DNA of 62,877 nt, the filler included, from Octopus bimaculoides (taxonomy: Eukaryota), in the NCBI RefSeq assembly GCF_001194135.2. It is 8 parts of 7 records of this genome, joined end to end, with 100 filler letters (N's around TTAATTAATTAA, not from the genome) between each part and the next. Parts side by side here need not be neighbours in the genome. Positions count along the whole stretch, not along the records: positions 59,211 to 62,877 come from NC_068994.1; 7 more parts are not named here. One strand, 5' to 3'. Each line of letters opens with the position of its first letter. The stretch's first letter is position 1. The notes under the pieces were generated by a model. It did no database searches and was not told where the DNA came from. It saw nothing but the letters and a program-made list of their open reading frames with translations. Below, piece by piece: positions 61,277 through 62,877 of this stretch. The position numbers were made by a program, and so were the translations under genes.

Positions 61277-61665
61277 TATATGTTGTTGGCACTCCGTCGC
61301 TTACGACGACGTGGGTTCCGGTTGATCTGATCAACGGAACAGACTGCTCGTGAAATTAACGTGCAAGTGGCTAAGCACTCCACAGACACGTGTACCCTTA
61401 ACGTAGTTCTCGGGGATATTCAGCGTGACATAGAGTGTAACAAGGCTGACCCTTTGAATTACAGGCACAACAGAAACAGGAAGTAAGAGTGAGAGAAAGT
61501 TGTGGTGAAAGAGTACAGCAGGGTTTGCCACCATCCCCTGCCGGAGCCTCGTGGAGCTTTAAGAGTTTTCGCTCAATAAATACTCACAACGCCCGGCCTG
61601 GGAATCTAAACCGCGATCCTATGACCGCGAGCCCGCTGCCCTAACCACTGGGCTATTGCGCCTCC
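61277..61665 (-). mobile_element. SINE family B, full length
   Basis: Complete tRNA-like head; 15-bp TSD ataacgat(t/c)catatc at 61262-61276 and 61666-61680. Confidence 0.93.
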
Positions 61666-61699
61666 ATAACGATCCATATCAGAAGGCTGAAGTAATACA

Positions 61700-62261
61700 T
61701 GTAATGTGCCAGTTGGAAAAGAAAGAGACACAACCGCATAGAAGGCTTATGAAAGATTTATTGATATATTCACATGTATCTGTGTGGGTTGTATGTTTGC
61801 TGTTAACCATGGTGAAGTAGGTCGGGAACAGTGCTATGTTAGAACTTGTGCAGCGTCGCTGATGTTGTGTACTTAGAGATGTTGTTGACGTTGGTGAGAG
61901 ACATGATGGTGGCGACGATGATGGAGGTCGCTGTAATGCTGTTGCACGGGCGTTGTCTGGTGTCGTCGCTGTAACTGGCTGAGTTGTGTGATCGGTGGCT
62001 AGACCTTAGGAGGTCTGGAACCAACAGACCTCGAGACAAGGAAAAGTTTAGTTTTTTATTGGAAGCAGTCGGCTCAAACTAGGGTTGAGAATAGATTGTC
62101 TCACGTGATTTATTTGGAGGTTGCGATTGGTTATATCCTGCAGATTGGCGCGACAGAGTAAGAGACAAATTGCGCCAATGCCAACCAATGAGAGTGGTGG
62201 ATACAACGGGGTCCAAATAACGCCCAAAGGTTAGCTACTATCGGCTACGTTCGTATGTACA
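61700..62261 (-). mobile_element. candidate solo LTR (Gypsy-like)
   Basis: TG...CA ends, several CCAAT boxes in the 5' half, AATAAA about 60 bp from the 3' end; flanks taca/tata (imperfect TSD). Confidence 0.55.
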
Positions 62262-62712
62262 TATATATAATAAAGAAGAGAGGAATTTCACTAGAGTGTA
62301 CGCTACAAATTGCATTTTTAGCCCATCACGATAAGACCCCTAAAATTAAGTCTTAGTATCACATCATTTTTTAATCGATCTGTGTACCCATGTTTATGTT
62401 ACCTCTGTTGTACTTCTTGAAAGTTGTAGGGTTGATTAGAGGGAGCTTCCACTTACTGTTTCTAGCAGGTCTAGTGACTGCATTAGGGCTTCCTCTCCTC
62501 ATTTATTCATCTTTTTCTTAATGTCTTTTGGCTCTTAGTAGATTTCCAGAACAAAATGATGAAAGCTTTGTATATTCAAAATATGAACGCTGCAGTATTC
62601 CATTTAATGAATGGGAAATATTAAATGATGTAATTTTGTTTCGATTTATCTTTAACGAAAGTAGTGTCGAAATATAACTAAAAATGGCAGGGTATGTAGA
62701 AAACTGAGTTGG

Positions 62713-62715
<3 letters not shown>

Positions 62716-62789
<74 letters not shown>
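62716..62789. repeat. (AAT)n microsatellite
   Basis: Direct reading. Confidence 0.95.
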
Positions 62790-62877
62790 TACAAAACCAC
62801 CACAATCGGACTGGCCAAATACCTTGAAACAACCGACAATTGGATGCTGAAACTTGTTGAAAAACATAAAAGACCGA
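62790..62877 (+). mobile_element. Dong/R4-type LINE, 5'-truncated start
   Basis: YKTTTIGLAKYLETTDNWMLKLVEKHK, homologous to TIGLDTYLKNSEDWMLKLVLKHE of the 3827-5097 copy; begins at the end of (AAT)n. Confidence 0.8.

Overview
This is AT-rich, gap-ridden eukaryotic genomic DNA, most likely cephalopod (Octopus). That assignment is inferred from the SINE families and the TTAATTAATTAA linkers inside N-gaps. No host protein-coding gene can be supported, and nearly all listed ORFs are microsatellite or N artefacts. The window is a transposon graveyard. It holds three tRNA-headed SINE families, RTE, CR1 and Tx1-like LINE fragments, and seven Dong/R4-type pieces plus one HERO-type piece, all abutting (TAA)n. 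It also holds Tc1, mariner and maT fragments, two Chapaev3-like halves, MITE/foldback elements and candidate solo LTRs. The most interesting signal is two sequence-unrelated long palindromes (20662-21021 and 58258-58484). Each carries a minimal type-I hammerhead-ribozyme-like motif in both arms, pointing outward, so either strand would yield a hairpin RNA with a hammerhead motif in its 3' arm. Also notable are an RTE insertion with a codon-exact 5' inversion (twin-priming signature) and a possible composite Chapaev3-like unit bounded by CACTG/CAGTG and TTA. All coordinates, alignments and mismatch counts were done by eye and are approximate.
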